Source: Candidatus Heimdallarchaeum endolithica
GTDB taxonomy: Archaea; Asgardarchaeota; Heimdallarchaeia; Heimdallarchaeales; Heimdallarchaeaceae
NCBI GenBank assembly: GCA_021513715.1
Contig: CP084167.1
Location: 3,232,001-3,296,000 of the forward strand
DNA length: 64,000 bases
Direction of reading: 5' to 3'
Shown here: positions 1 to 9,290 of the stretch, in pieces
Layout: each line of letters opens with the position of its first letter
Position numbering within the stretch: position 1 is the stretch's first letter
Notes under the pieces: generated by a model
Seen by the model: the letters and a program-made list of their open reading frames with translations, nothing else
What the model was told of the DNA's origin: nothing
The model's database searches: none
Position numbers and translations under genes: made by a program

Positions 1-314
1 ATTTCTTGAGCTGTCTTTACTGGAAAATCAAGTCCATCAATTTCCATCATAAGAACATGCCCATCTGCATAAATTTCGTCAAGAATTGAAAAAAGCGAAC
101 CAAGTGACGATAAATGTTTTGATACACCATTTTTTAATTTGTTTAAAGAACCTTTTTCTTTTAAGGTTTCGTTAATTTTTTCTATAATGATTGGTCCTAA
201 ATTTTCTAATTTGCTTACAGTATCATTCCATTTTTCAAAATATGTTTGAAATGATTCAATAATCGAGCCTGTTGCATAGGCTAGAGAATCTGTTCTTCTA
301 ATTTTGTTTTTCAT
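1..314 (-). CDS. hypothetical protein, N-terminal part (runs off window edge)
   Basis: ATG at 314 with an upstream GGAG RBS-like motif; frame stays open to position 1 (MKNKIRRTDSLAYATGSIIESF...). Not in the ORF track. Confidence 0.75.
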   Translation of the reverse strand, partial: MKNKIRRTDSLAYATGSIIESFQTYFEKWNDTVSKLENLGPIIIEKINETLKEKGSLNKLKNGVSKHLSSLGSLFSILDEIYADGHVLMMEIDGLDFPVKTAQE

Positions 315-592
315 TTTAAACAGCTCCTAAAAATTGTTTGATGATGAAAAAATGGTAAAAAATGAATGATATTTCAATCATCAGTATTGTTTACTCTTAA
401 TACTAAAAAAAGTTATCTACTTAGGAAAATAGAGAAAATTGAAGTAAAGTTAGAGATTATTAAAATAGCATATTCAAGTATTTCTACAGCTGAAAGGCTA
501 TTTTCAAATTGCTTTCTAGTTTGTTTTATTTGTAGTAGTCAGATAAAAAAGAATTTTTAACAAAAAATGTTAATAATCTAATACTTTTTTAA

Positions 593-1615
593 GTGACACT
601 CATTTTTTCAACCATGCCTACTTCACTAACCCCTGAAGTAAAAGGGAAGGTTCTAGATGTTCAAATATATATAGCCCAAAGTGCAGTTTTAGCTCATAAT
701 ATTCTATTTATTACAGAGCCAAAACCTGGTGCTGCATCACCCAATCATCCTTTTAAAGATACTAAAGCAGCAGATTTTCTTTCAGGAGCTAGTTGTCTTT
801 TCTATCCTCTTTTTGAACTTTCCAAGAGAGGGATTCTAGTTGCACAGAACCATTTATGGTATGAAGATGCAGAACTCGGATATTTTTTGAAAAAAGGGGT
901 TGAAGAGTCAAAGAAATGGGTGAAAGGAGAAGGAAACACAATTTTAGGTACTTTGCTGATGTTTTCTCCCTTAACTATTGGTGTAGCAAACTTTTATGCT
1001 ACAGAAGGAATGAAAACAAATATCCCACTAGATTTAGATGTGGTAACCAAAATAACTGAAAATTTTCTAAAACAATCTAGTAATGTTGATTGTGAAAATC
1101 TAACTGATCTTTTAGTAAAATATGTTTCCAAGAACTTACTTACATCAGATAAAGAAGAAGATGATTTTACTTCTTTTCTTAATATTTACCAGTATGAAAA
1201 TAACAACCTATACGAATATACTAAGTTTTATGAAGAACGAGATTTGATATTCTTTGAACTAGCAAATAGATATAAAATTACAATCAATCAAGGTTATCCA
1301 TTCTTCAAGAAAATATATGAACAAACTGAAGATTTTATACAATCAACTTCTCAGACTTTTCTCTACCTCCTTTCTCTAAAGACAGATACACATATAGCCA
1401 AAAGATTTGGAAATGAAGTAGCGAAGGAAGTAAAAGCTAGAGCAAAGGAAATAATGAAAAAGGATGGACTATTTACTGAAGAAGGAAAAGAATTAATTTC
1501 ACAATTAGACACCTATTTACGAAATTCAAAAGATAGAATAATTAATCCTGGTTCTATCGCCGATTTAACAGCTACTTCCTTGTTTATAGCTATTTTAGAT
1601 GGTTACAGACCATAA
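593..1615 (+). CDS. CitG/MdcB-family triphosphoribosyl-dephospho-CoA synthase-like protein (archaeal type)
   Basis: EPKPG near the N-terminus, GNTILG, DTHIAKRFG, and the C-terminal NPGSIADL family motif. Confidence 0.8.
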   Translation: MTLIFSTMPTSLTPEVKGKVLDVQIYIAQSAVLAHNILFITEPKPGAASPNHPFKDTKAADFLSGASCLFYPLFELSKRGILVAQNHLWYEDAELGYFLKKGVEESKKWVKGEGNTILGTLLMFSPLTIGVANFYATEGMKTNIPLDLDVVTKITENFLKQSSNVDCENLTDLLVKYVSKNLLTSDKEEDDFTSFLNIYQYENNNLYEYTKFYEERDLIFFELANRYKITINQGYPFFKKIYEQTEDFIQSTSQTFLYLLSLKTDTHIAKRFGNEVAKEVKARAKEIMKKDGLFTEEGKELISQLDTYLRNSKDRIINPGSIADLTATSLFIAILDGYRP

Positions 1616-1639
1616 CTTATACCAAAATTTTTTTTTAAC

Positions 1640-2650
1640 TTACATAAGAAAGTTAATGATTTTCTTTAATACATCTTCACTTGATTGCTTAGTCTGGATA
1701 TTTGCAACAATATATCTGTTGACTAGATTTAGAACTATAGACGCAGAATTATGAAAGTTTAATAATTGTATAAGTGATTCACTATTGAATAAATATTCAA
1801 AACCTTTTGTAGAAGCTTGGAAAAGATCAAGTAATGATTTGCTTTTATTATCAAATTTTTCAAGATCAGCGCTTGCCGTTTTTGAAAAAACACTAATTTC
1901 TACTTCTTCGATATTAAAAGAATCGACAAATTTTTGTTTTATTTCTGCTTTTGTCATTATTTTAAATTTCTTTATACTTTCAAAAGCAAAAGCATTTAGT
2001 TTTCTCTCTGCTATTATATGAACAAAAGGAAGAATTATTGAGCTGAAAACATTGCCATTAAAGTTTATATGGTAAGCAATAGATGTAGATAGTTGAAATT
2101 GAGATTTAATTATTTTGTCTATACTTTTTCCTAAAACTTGCATTATTGTAAAATTATCAACATTGTAATTTGGAGAATCAGCCCTTACAAATAATGCTTT
2201 TCCCTCTTTAGAGAATATCCCCCAAGCTAATGGGTCATCTTTTTTATTTAATAGTTTATTAGCTAATTCTATTCCTGTGTATTGAAGGATGTTTTTGCAT
2301 TTTTCTTGGAAAGAAGAGAATGTAGAAACATTTCCTCTGAAATTTTCGATATCTTCCTTGTGATCTTTGAAAAAGTTTGTGGCAATTAAATTTAGTATCT
2401 CTTCAGCATAGTCTCTAGGCATATCTTCCAATACTTGTACTACGAATAAAACAGAATTGTATTTCTTTAAAATAAATTGACTTTCTTGTAACATTACCCT
2501 AGAGATACTTTCTTTAGTTGTTTCCTCTGCAAATTTCATTAAAGCAGTAATTAGACCTCCAACTAAAGCTTCATCTTCTTTAGCATATTCTTTGTAATCA
2601 AAAACTGGTATTCCTTCATTTGTAATAATTAAGATTCTTTTTATTAACAT
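1640..2650 (-). CDS. longin-domain protein with two further putative longin/roadblock modules
   Basis: N-terminal ILIITNEGIPVF..LVGGLITALMKFAEE..FRGNVSTF resembles Asgard longins; two later segments show a similar strand/helix pattern. Confidence 0.6.
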   Translation of the reverse strand: MLIKRILIITNEGIPVFDYKEYAKEDEALVGGLITALMKFAEETTKESISRVMLQESQFILKKYNSVLFVVQVLEDMPRDYAEEILNLIATNFFKDHKEDIENFRGNVSTFSSFQEKCKNILQYTGIELANKLLNKKDDPLAWGIFSKEGKALFVRADSPNYNVDNFTIMQVLGKSIDKIIKSQFQLSTSIAYHINFNGNVFSSIILPFVHIIAERKLNAFAFESIKKFKIMTKAEIKQKFVDSFNIEEVEISVFSKTASADLEKFDNKSKSLLDLFQASTKGFEYLFNSESLIQLLNFHNSASIVLNLVNRYIVANIQTKQSSEDVLKKIINFLM

Positions 2651-2659
2651 CTCTATTCT

Positions 2660-3550
2660 CTAACCTTTTTCAAATTCAATATTTTTTAATGTTTTAACTA
2701 GTTCTTCCATTGTTGGAGGAGTACTAAGAATTTGTTGTTTTTCTATTTCTTTGTAAACATTAATAGTAAAGTCATCTATTGAGTTGATAGGCATTACTTC
2801 TCTAAAGAACGCAAAATCATGATGGTAAAGGGTAACAAAATAGTTTCTAAGTGAAGTATGTTGTAAAGAAATAGAAAAATTACTAGAGCCTATTTTTATT
2901 TTGTTTGGTTCTTCAAGGAGGAAGTCTTTTCTTTGACTTGAAAGCCTTAAAAGGATTGAAATAAAGTTTTTGTTCTCTGGTTTTAGTGTATCATTTGAGC
3001 AGAAAACAATGAATCTTCCCCTTCTTTTTTCTGCAAAGACAATTATAGGGTTATCATCAATAAAAGCGAGTGGGACATATTTCTTTATACCATTTTCTTT
3101 CAAGAAAATAGGGTCATCATTACAAGATATTTCAAAAGCTTTATGACTTGAAAGATTATTTCCCACAAGTTTAGTTTGTTTTGATATCTTTGGAATTCCA
3201 TAATAAACTTTATTTGTTAAAGAAATTCCAAGCTCATCAGTAAAGGCTTCGAACCACCTTCCTAAATCCTGTAAATATTTTGGAGGAGGAATATTCAAAA
3301 TAAGAGTTCCACCAACATCAATAAAATCTATAAGTTCTATAAATTCCTCTCGTAAAAGACGTGTTGTTGGCCTGTTTATAATCAAAATATGTGTTTTTTC
3401 TAAGTTTTTTCTTGTGAGTCCCCCTCTTCTAAATCTCCTACGAATTAAATTAAATTTAACTAAAGCTACATCTTCATCGATACTTTTGTATAATTCCTTA
3501 AGATCCATTTTTTCTTTTAAAGAGAGATCAACAGAACAAAGTCTTTTCAT
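2660..3550 (-). CDS. GIFT (GldG/IFT52)/DUF4350-like domain protein, no signal peptide
   Basis: L..THILIINRPTTRL..EEF..L.DFIDVGGTLIL, ELGISL.N, and PII.....GRFIVFCS...L..EN. Confidence 0.6.
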   Translation of the reverse strand: MKRLCSVDLSLKEKMDLKELYKSIDEDVALVKFNLIRRRFRRGGLTRKNLEKTHILIINRPTTRLLREEFIELIDFIDVGGTLILNIPPPKYLQDLGRWFEAFTDELGISLTNKVYYGIPKISKQTKLVGNNLSSHKAFEISCNDDPIFLKENGIKKYVPLAFIDDNPIIVFAEKRRGRFIVFCSNDTLKPENKNFISILLRLSSQRKDFLLEEPNKIKIGSSNFSISLQHTSLRNYFVTLYHHDFAFFREVMPINSIDDFTINVYKEIEKQQILSTPPTMEELVKTLKNIEFEKG

Positions 3551-3683
3551 TCACTTCTTAATTATTTTTTATGCTTTAAAATTCTTTTGTGATAGAAAAA
3601 CTTCAAAGAGATAGTCTGTTTGTTAAATCTGTCAATTATTAAGTTGATTAAATAAACTTATCAATATCTCTATTTTTGTTATT

Positions 3684-4739
3684 TTGAGAGAGATGAATGA
3701 AGAATATGAGATGGTACTAGCTAATGAAGATCTGGTTATGCTTCTTTTAGGAATTATAGCTTTCATTCTGGCATTTGTAGACTTTTCACAAGCAGCTTTC
3801 TCTTTTCCATCACTTGTATTATTTACACTAGGTTGGGGAATAGAAAGATTTAGAAGGAGACCACTGCCGAAGCAAGTTCTAAAAGCGAAACTGTTCTACC
3901 TTGCTCCTGTAAAAGTAATAAGAAATTATGTTTTATATTTGATAATACTTCTAAACAGTCTCTATTTGTTCAGGTTTGAAAAATCAAACTTTGAGATAAG
4001 AACAGGTTTAATATTTCTTTATTTAGCACTGATAATTGTTTCAATAGTTGAATTAGCAGGAAATGTGAGAATTCCTGATAATCTTATTATTATTCCAGAA
4101 ATTGAGACAGAATCTGTAGAAGTTAAAAAGAAAAAAAGATTTCAAGTTCTATATGGAGCAAAGTTCATTACTTGGATAGTTTTTTCTAGTTTGATTTCAA
4201 TAGGAATTTCTTCACTTAGCATAATATCAATAGTGAATTCGAATAATATAGTTGCAATTGTCCTCTGCTTCTTAATTCTGATACCTGCAGGAGCTACTTA
4301 TTATTATCATTATTATGATGCATTAGTTAAAGAACATTCATTGGATGTTGATTATGTATTAAAGGCTACAGATTACTACTTAGAATCAGAATTACCAGAT
4401 CTTGCTTATGAGTTACTTAATAGCTTTTTAGAAAAAGAACCAAACAATATAGTTGCTTTAGGAAAACTAGCTCTACTTTACTTAAAGGATGGAAAATACA
4501 AAAAGGTGTTGGAGACTACAGGTAAATCTTTAGCATATATTAAAGAGGAAAAGCTAGAAGTACCAAATACTAAAGCGCGAATGTATGTATTTAGAGCATT
4601 GTCTCTAAAAGCTTTAGGCAAATATGAAGAAGCTTACAAATCAGTGAATAAAGCCTTGACAATTAATCCAGATAATAAAGTAGCAAGAAAACTAAGGCGA
4701 GAATTAAGATCAATAGTTAAGAATAAACAAGTAGAGTGA
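3684..4739 (+). CDS. multi-pass membrane protein with C-terminal TPR repeats
   Basis: About 6 hydrophobic segments, then TPR patterns (EPNNIVALGKLA..Y; LGKYEEA..KALTINPDN). Confidence 0.75.
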   Translation: MREMNEEYEMVLANEDLVMLLLGIIAFILAFVDFSQAAFSFPSLVLFTLGWGIERFRRRPLPKQVLKAKLFYLAPVKVIRNYVLYLIILLNSLYLFRFEKSNFEIRTGLIFLYLALIIVSIVELAGNVRIPDNLIIIPEIETESVEVKKKKRFQVLYGAKFITWIVFSSLISIGISSLSIISIVNSNNIVAIVLCFLILIPAGATYYYHYYDALVKEHSLDVDYVLKATDYYLESELPDLAYELLNSFLEKEPNNIVALGKLALLYLKDGKYKKVLETTGKSLAYIKEEKLEVPNTKARMYVFRALSLKALGKYEEAYKSVNKALTINPDNKVARKLRRELRSIVKNKQVE

Positions 4740-4787
4740 ACAAAAGTAAATTTTTTTTATGCTTTTCCTTTTTTTTAGTAGGGGAAA

Positions 4788-5180
4788 ATGACATCAACAA
4801 AATTCTCAGAAGATAAAGAAGTAAAAGAAAAAATCAAATCTCTTGTTCCATTAGATAAAAAATTATCTCCAGTCTTGCCAAAAGATGTTAAAGGTACTGT
4901 CAAGTGTTACATTGATGGGTGCGAAAAACAGTCATACTATACACTTGGTGTGTTATTGCCAAGTGTTTGGTTTACTCAAGAAATAAAACAAAAACTAGTT
5001 CCTGTGATCGTAACATCTTGTTTAGAACACAGAGATGCACTAATTGACAATCTTCCAGAAAAAACTGTTTCTGTTATAATTCGTGATGTTTCAAGAGATT
5101 CTTTCGAAATTGTTTCTGATATGCTTAAACAAGCTTTAATTTCAAAAGAAGATGAATTAACAGTTTTTTATAGTTCTTGA
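4788..5180 (+). CDS. hypothetical protein, possible Zn site
   Basis: 130-aa ORF with CYIDGC and CLEH; 3' end overlaps the convergent helicase gene. Confidence 0.6.
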   Translation: MTSTKFSEDKEVKEKIKSLVPLDKKLSPVLPKDVKGTVKCYIDGCEKQSYYTLGVLLPSVWFTQEIKQKLVPVIVTSCLEHRDALIDNLPEKTVSVIIRDVSRDSFEIVSDMLKQALISKEDELTVFYSS

Positions 5181-7786
5181 TTTTTAGGATTTTCTATTCT
5201 TTTTCCAATATTCTTTGAAGTTTTTTCTATTTCTACTTCTTTCAAAACTGAGGATAGCCTTTTTACCGCTTCTAGACTGTGAACAATTTGATCTAACCAA
5301 GAATAAATATCTCCTGGGTAAACTTGAATGTTTAAATTTTTTCTTATTTCTGTTGATATTCTAGTAGGGTTATATCCGTTTAATCTGTAGTTTACAATAA
5401 TTTTAGAAAAAGTCTTTTCACCACAATCACAAAATGGTTTTTCAGGACAATCACATACAAATATCTCTTTAGTCCATTTTGAAAAAGTATCTAATATGAA
5501 TGAGCTGGGTTTCCTATCTATACCCCACGATTCACCAGAATATAGGTCAAGAATTGCTCCTGAGAAAACACTAGTAGATATTGTTGACTTTAATAACCGT
5601 TCTACTTCTGCTTGTAATCTAGAAGATAAATAAGCAGCAGTGAAAGGTCTAATAGAAACAGCTAAGTCTAACACTAAATCTTCACTTTTGATATTTTTCT
5701 GCCTTCTCTTAATTTCTTGAACTAAACGTAAAGCAAAAGGAGGGGCTAAGAAAGATAGAGAAGTGGCTTTTCCTAATTTTGTAGGATAAATAGTTTTATC
5801 TTTAAATTCAAGCATTTCCATTTTTACTAAATTTTTTACAATGTCACTTAACTTGTTCGTTCTTCCAAGTAAGTTTGAAAATATCATTTTATCTCTTGAA
5901 TCAATTTTAACTTTGGAAACAGCATTGATTATTGCGAGTACTTCTTCTTGCTCTTCTATTGTGTCTAAAACTGGTTCTACGGGTTCTATGGGCTGGGTAA
6001 GTAATTTGAACGCTATTTGCTCTTCTGTTAAATCTTGTCTTGAATAAATTTTTCTTCCTGGTTCTACTAATAAGTAAACTTTACCTTTATCATGAAACCC
6101 AAATCTTCCAGCCCTTCCTAACATTTGATGGAACTCTGCAACTGTTAACCATTCTACTCCCATAGCTAAATTCTCGAAAATAACTAGAGAAGCAGGAAAG
6201 TCTACTCCAGCTCCCAAAGCGATAGTAGTAACAACAGTAGAAAAAGCTCCTGTTTCAAATTTATTTTCTATTTTTTTTCTTTGTGAGTAAGTTAATCCAG
6301 CATGATAATGTGTTGCTCTAACTCCTTTTTTGGTTAATAAACTAGCTATCTTTTCGCATCCTTTCCTCGAATTTGTAAAAACTAAGGTCTGTCCTTTGTA
6401 CCCCATTGAAGACTTTATTCTTTCTTCTTTTCTGCAGAGATCAACTAAAAAATTAATTCTTTGTTCTTCAGAATCAGTAAGGATTACATGTCTTTCTAGA
6501 GGGATAGGACGATCAGTATAAATTACAGGGGTAGAATTTAGTTCCTCTGCTAGTTCTTTAGGATTACCAATTGTTGCTGAAAGATAAATAAATTGAGCCC
6601 TAGGAAAAAGAGCTTTTAATCTAGTGATTAAACCATTTAACCTAAATCCTCTCTCTTTTGCCATTAACATCTGAATTTCATCTATACAAATAGTACCTAC
6701 ATTTCCTAATTCTTTAGCTCTTCCATCTCTAAGAACAAAATCAAGTGCTTCATATGTAGCAACAATAATATCTGATTGTAAACTCCCATCAACAATCGGT
6801 TTTTCAATGTCGGTTACTATTCTACTCATACCTACTTTAATTGAAGTTTTAAAACTGATTTTGCGATATCTTTTTCTAAAATGTTCGTATTTCTGATTTG
6901 TAAGAGCAACTAATGGAGACAAATAGATAAATCTCTTTTTTTCCTTTATAAGATTAGTAATCCCTGCTAGTTCACCTATTAGAGTTTTTCCTGAAGAGGT
7001 TCCAGCTACTATTAACAAATCTTTTTTTTCGAGTAATCCTGATTCTAGTGCAAGCTTTTGAGCTGGAAGAAAATTCTTTACTCCTTCTTTAATCAAAAGA
7101 TCTTTGAATCTTGAAGGAATTGTTTTTAGGTCTTCTACTTTTAATGAAATATCTGGTTTAGAGGCTCGAATAATATCGAATAATGTACTTTCTTTGTCAT
7201 TAATATTTGATTCAACACCCAAAGTTATAGAGTTTAAAACCTCATCTAGAGAACCTTTTCTTCGAGCTTGTTGTTCATAGAATTTTATTATTCCTGCAGA
7301 AAAATTGATTGAAGTTCTTTTTATTTCAGTAATTAACTCTCGTCTAATACACAATTTACAAATACTTTTCCCCTTAAAAAGAACATTCTCTTCTTCACCT
7401 AATTCAGTCCATCTTTGCTTATTTAAACAATATCTGCAAATATTAGCTACCTTTGGCTTTTTTATTTTAAAAGTGTTAAAATATTCAATAAATCCTTTCT
7501 GGTTAAAAGGAAGATCGCTTTTGTCTACAACCAAATATGATGCATTTTTTAGATCCTCTGTTGCTTCTTTAGGGCGTATATACTTTACTGTATTTCTTCC
7601 TAGTTTTAAGTATTTATAAACTCGAAGAAGATTTTTTTCGTAAATGAACTGAAGTCTGCAGTGTGAAACAGCTTTTTTGTCTTTTTTCCCAGAAACATGA
7701 AAATAAATTATATCTGTAGAAAGTTTTTCCTTATTAAAGTTAAATAAAACAGCTATATACGGCTTTGGAATCTTCATTAAAATCAC
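5168..7786 (-). CDS. archaeal-specific Ski2-like SF2 helicase (ASH-Ski2/COG1202-type)
   Basis: GTSSGKT, DEIQ, LSAT and QMLGRAGR motifs; N-terminal CRYC..CKLC and C-terminal CDCPEKPFCDCG clusters. Confidence 0.88.
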   Translation of the reverse strand: MILMKIPKPYIAVLFNFNKEKLSTDIIYFHVSGKKDKKAVSHCRLQFIYEKNLLRVYKYLKLGRNTVKYIRPKEATEDLKNASYLVVDKSDLPFNQKGFIEYFNTFKIKKPKVANICRYCLNKQRWTELGEEENVLFKGKSICKLCIRRELITEIKRTSINFSAGIIKFYEQQARRKGSLDEVLNSITLGVESNINDKESTLFDIIRASKPDISLKVEDLKTIPSRFKDLLIKEGVKNFLPAQKLALESGLLEKKDLLIVAGTSSGKTLIGELAGITNLIKEKKRFIYLSPLVALTNQKYEHFRKRYRKISFKTSIKVGMSRIVTDIEKPIVDGSLQSDIIVATYEALDFVLRDGRAKELGNVGTICIDEIQMLMAKERGFRLNGLITRLKALFPRAQFIYLSATIGNPKELAEELNSTPVIYTDRPIPLERHVILTDSEEQRINFLVDLCRKEERIKSSMGYKGQTLVFTNSRKGCEKIASLLTKKGVRATHYHAGLTYSQRKKIENKFETGAFSTVVTTIALGAGVDFPASLVIFENLAMGVEWLTVAEFHQMLGRAGRFGFHDKGKVYLLVEPGRKIYSRQDLTEEQIAFKLLTQPIEPVEPVLDTIEEQEEVLAIINAVSKVKIDSRDKMIFSNLLGRTNKLSDIVKNLVKMEMLEFKDKTIYPTKLGKATSLSFLAPPFALRLVQEIKRRQKNIKSEDLVLDLAVSIRPFTAAYLSSRLQAEVERLLKSTISTSVFSGAILDLYSGESWGIDRKPSSFILDTFSKWTKEIFVCDCPEKPFCDCGEKTFSKIIVNYRLNGYNPTRISTEIRKNLNIQVYPGDIYSWLDQIVHSLEAVKRLSSVLKEVEIEKTSKNIGKRIENPKNQEL

Positions 7787-7800
7787 AAAAATTGAAAAAA

Positions 7801-8283
7801 TTAATTTTCTAAGAATTTATGTCCACATAAAGGACAAAATTTGACATTAATACTAACTTTTTCTTTACACTGTGGGCATTCTTTAAATAGTGGAGAACCA
7901 CAATATTTACAGAATTTAGTTAGTTTTACTTCTTTTTTACAAGTTGGACACATTACTGTTTTTTTTCCCTTTTGAGTTTCTGTTCCCTTTACTGGAGTAG
8001 AAATTTGCTGTAAAGTTGTTGGAACATATTCTTGATATTTATCTGATGAAGGTGGATAGCTCTCACTTTTTCTAGTTTCTATTTTGCTAATAGTAAGTTT
8101 TGGGTCTATTTTATGAAGAAAATTTTTGATATTTGTGTTAGATTCTGTTGAAAGAGGTTTCCTTTTTTGGGCTAATAGAGCTAGTTTTAGAAACTCCACA
8201 ACATCTTCTTGTTCTGCTCCACAATGAGGGCAGACCTTTAATGATTCTTCAATTTCTTCCCAACAACTTAAACATTTTTTCAC
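7801..8283 (-). CDS. zinc-ribbon (double zinc ribbon) protein
   Basis: Six CxxC pairs, e.g. KFCKYCG and KFCPLCG. Confidence 0.8.
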   Translation of the reverse strand: MKKCLSCWEEIEESLKVCPHCGAEQEDVVEFLKLALLAQKRKPLSTESNTNIKNFLHKIDPKLTISKIETRKSESYPPSSDKYQEYVPTTLQQISTPVKGTETQKGKKTVMCPTCKKEVKLTKFCKYCGSPLFKECPQCKEKVSINVKFCPLCGHKFLEN

Positions 8284-8427
8284 TGCATATCGCCTAATTC
8301 TTCTGTTTCTGAAAAGTCTTACAAGCTTATAAAAGTAGCTATTTTAGTATTTTATTTGGCTTTTTTTGGCAGAGCTAGAATTATCGATAATTATATATAG
8401 AAAAATAATTTCGTTTTCAAGATACAA

Positions 8428-8820
8428 ATGGCCAAGAAAAAAAAGATAAAGTGTAAGAAGTGTGGAGCTGAATGGTTACCAAATGAGGTTGAAACAAAGA
8501 AAGAGTGGAATATGATTAGTCCAATGCCAGATAAGGATGGAAACGTAACCATAACAAGAATGGCATCTTGGAATTGTCCTTCTTGTGGGAAAAATGTGAC
8601 AGGAGCAAAAGGTAAAACAAAAGGCGAATTTAGAGTAGAAGATACACCTAAATATAAAATTGAACATGCTTTGGATTCTGGAAAAGAAATCGATCTTGAA
8701 CAATTGGCTGAAGAAATAGGTTTTAAAGTTGAAAACCTTATTAAAATTATTCCTGCTTATATGAAAAAGAAGGGTCTGAAAGGGGAAATAAAGGGAAAAA
8801 CATTCATTCCAAAGAAGTAG
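8428..8820 (+). CDS. Zn-ribbon/Cren7-like protein with C-terminal winged helix
   Basis: CKKCG..KEWNMISPMPD..G.VTIT.MASWNCPSCG, Lys-rich; C-terminal IDLEQLAEEIG..GLKGEI wHTH-like segment. Confidence 0.55.
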   Translation: MAKKKKIKCKKCGAEWLPNEVETKKEWNMISPMPDKDGNVTITRMASWNCPSCGKNVTGAKGKTKGEFRVEDTPKYKIEHALDSGKEIDLEQLAEEIGFKVENLIKIIPAYMKKKGLKGEIKGKTFIPKK

Positions 8821-8929
8821 ATTATTTTCCATAGTTTTCTTTTTTTTAAATATCAGAATGGCAAAAATTTTTAAAGAGAAAAATAGACAGACGTCTGAAA
8901 ACAAAAAGAAACAATGGAGCAGATAAATT

Positions 8930-9157
8930 ATGACATACACAGCTTTTGATGGGATAATCTCAAAAAATGGATGGCTTGTATTTTGGTTAGTACTCTTTAC
9001 AATATTGACAGTTTTTGGTTTAATATTGGCATATTTGTATTTTAGAACGTCCCAAAATAGAACAAGAAAAGCTACAATATCTATAATACTATTTAATATT
9101 CTTGTTATAGCGTTTGAATTGCAGCTTATTTTTATTAAAATAAATGTTAATTTCTAG
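8930..9157 (+). CDS. small two-TM membrane protein
   Basis: 75 aa, two hydrophobic helices, GGAG upstream. Confidence 0.6.
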   Translation: MTYTAFDGIISKNGWLVFWLVLFTILTVFGLILAYLYFRTSQNRTRKATISIILFNILVIAFELQLIFIKINVNF

Positions 9158-9290
9158 TTTTTTTATTTTTGTCTTTTAAATTTTTAACTTTAGAACTTTT
9201 TTTCCTATCAAGTTAGAATTTCAAAAAGGTTAAATAATCTAAAATGAATTAAGAACAAGATAGCTAGTTATTTAGTGGTAGAATGATACA

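Noticed and set aside
366-560. 64-aa ORF
   Set aside because: Lies in the AT-rich divergent promoter region, has no motif, and is probably spurious
8476-8940. 154-aa minus-strand ORF and the other short antisense or nested ORFs in the track
   Set aside because: They are shadows of well-supported genes on the opposite strand or frame, with F/I/S-rich composition
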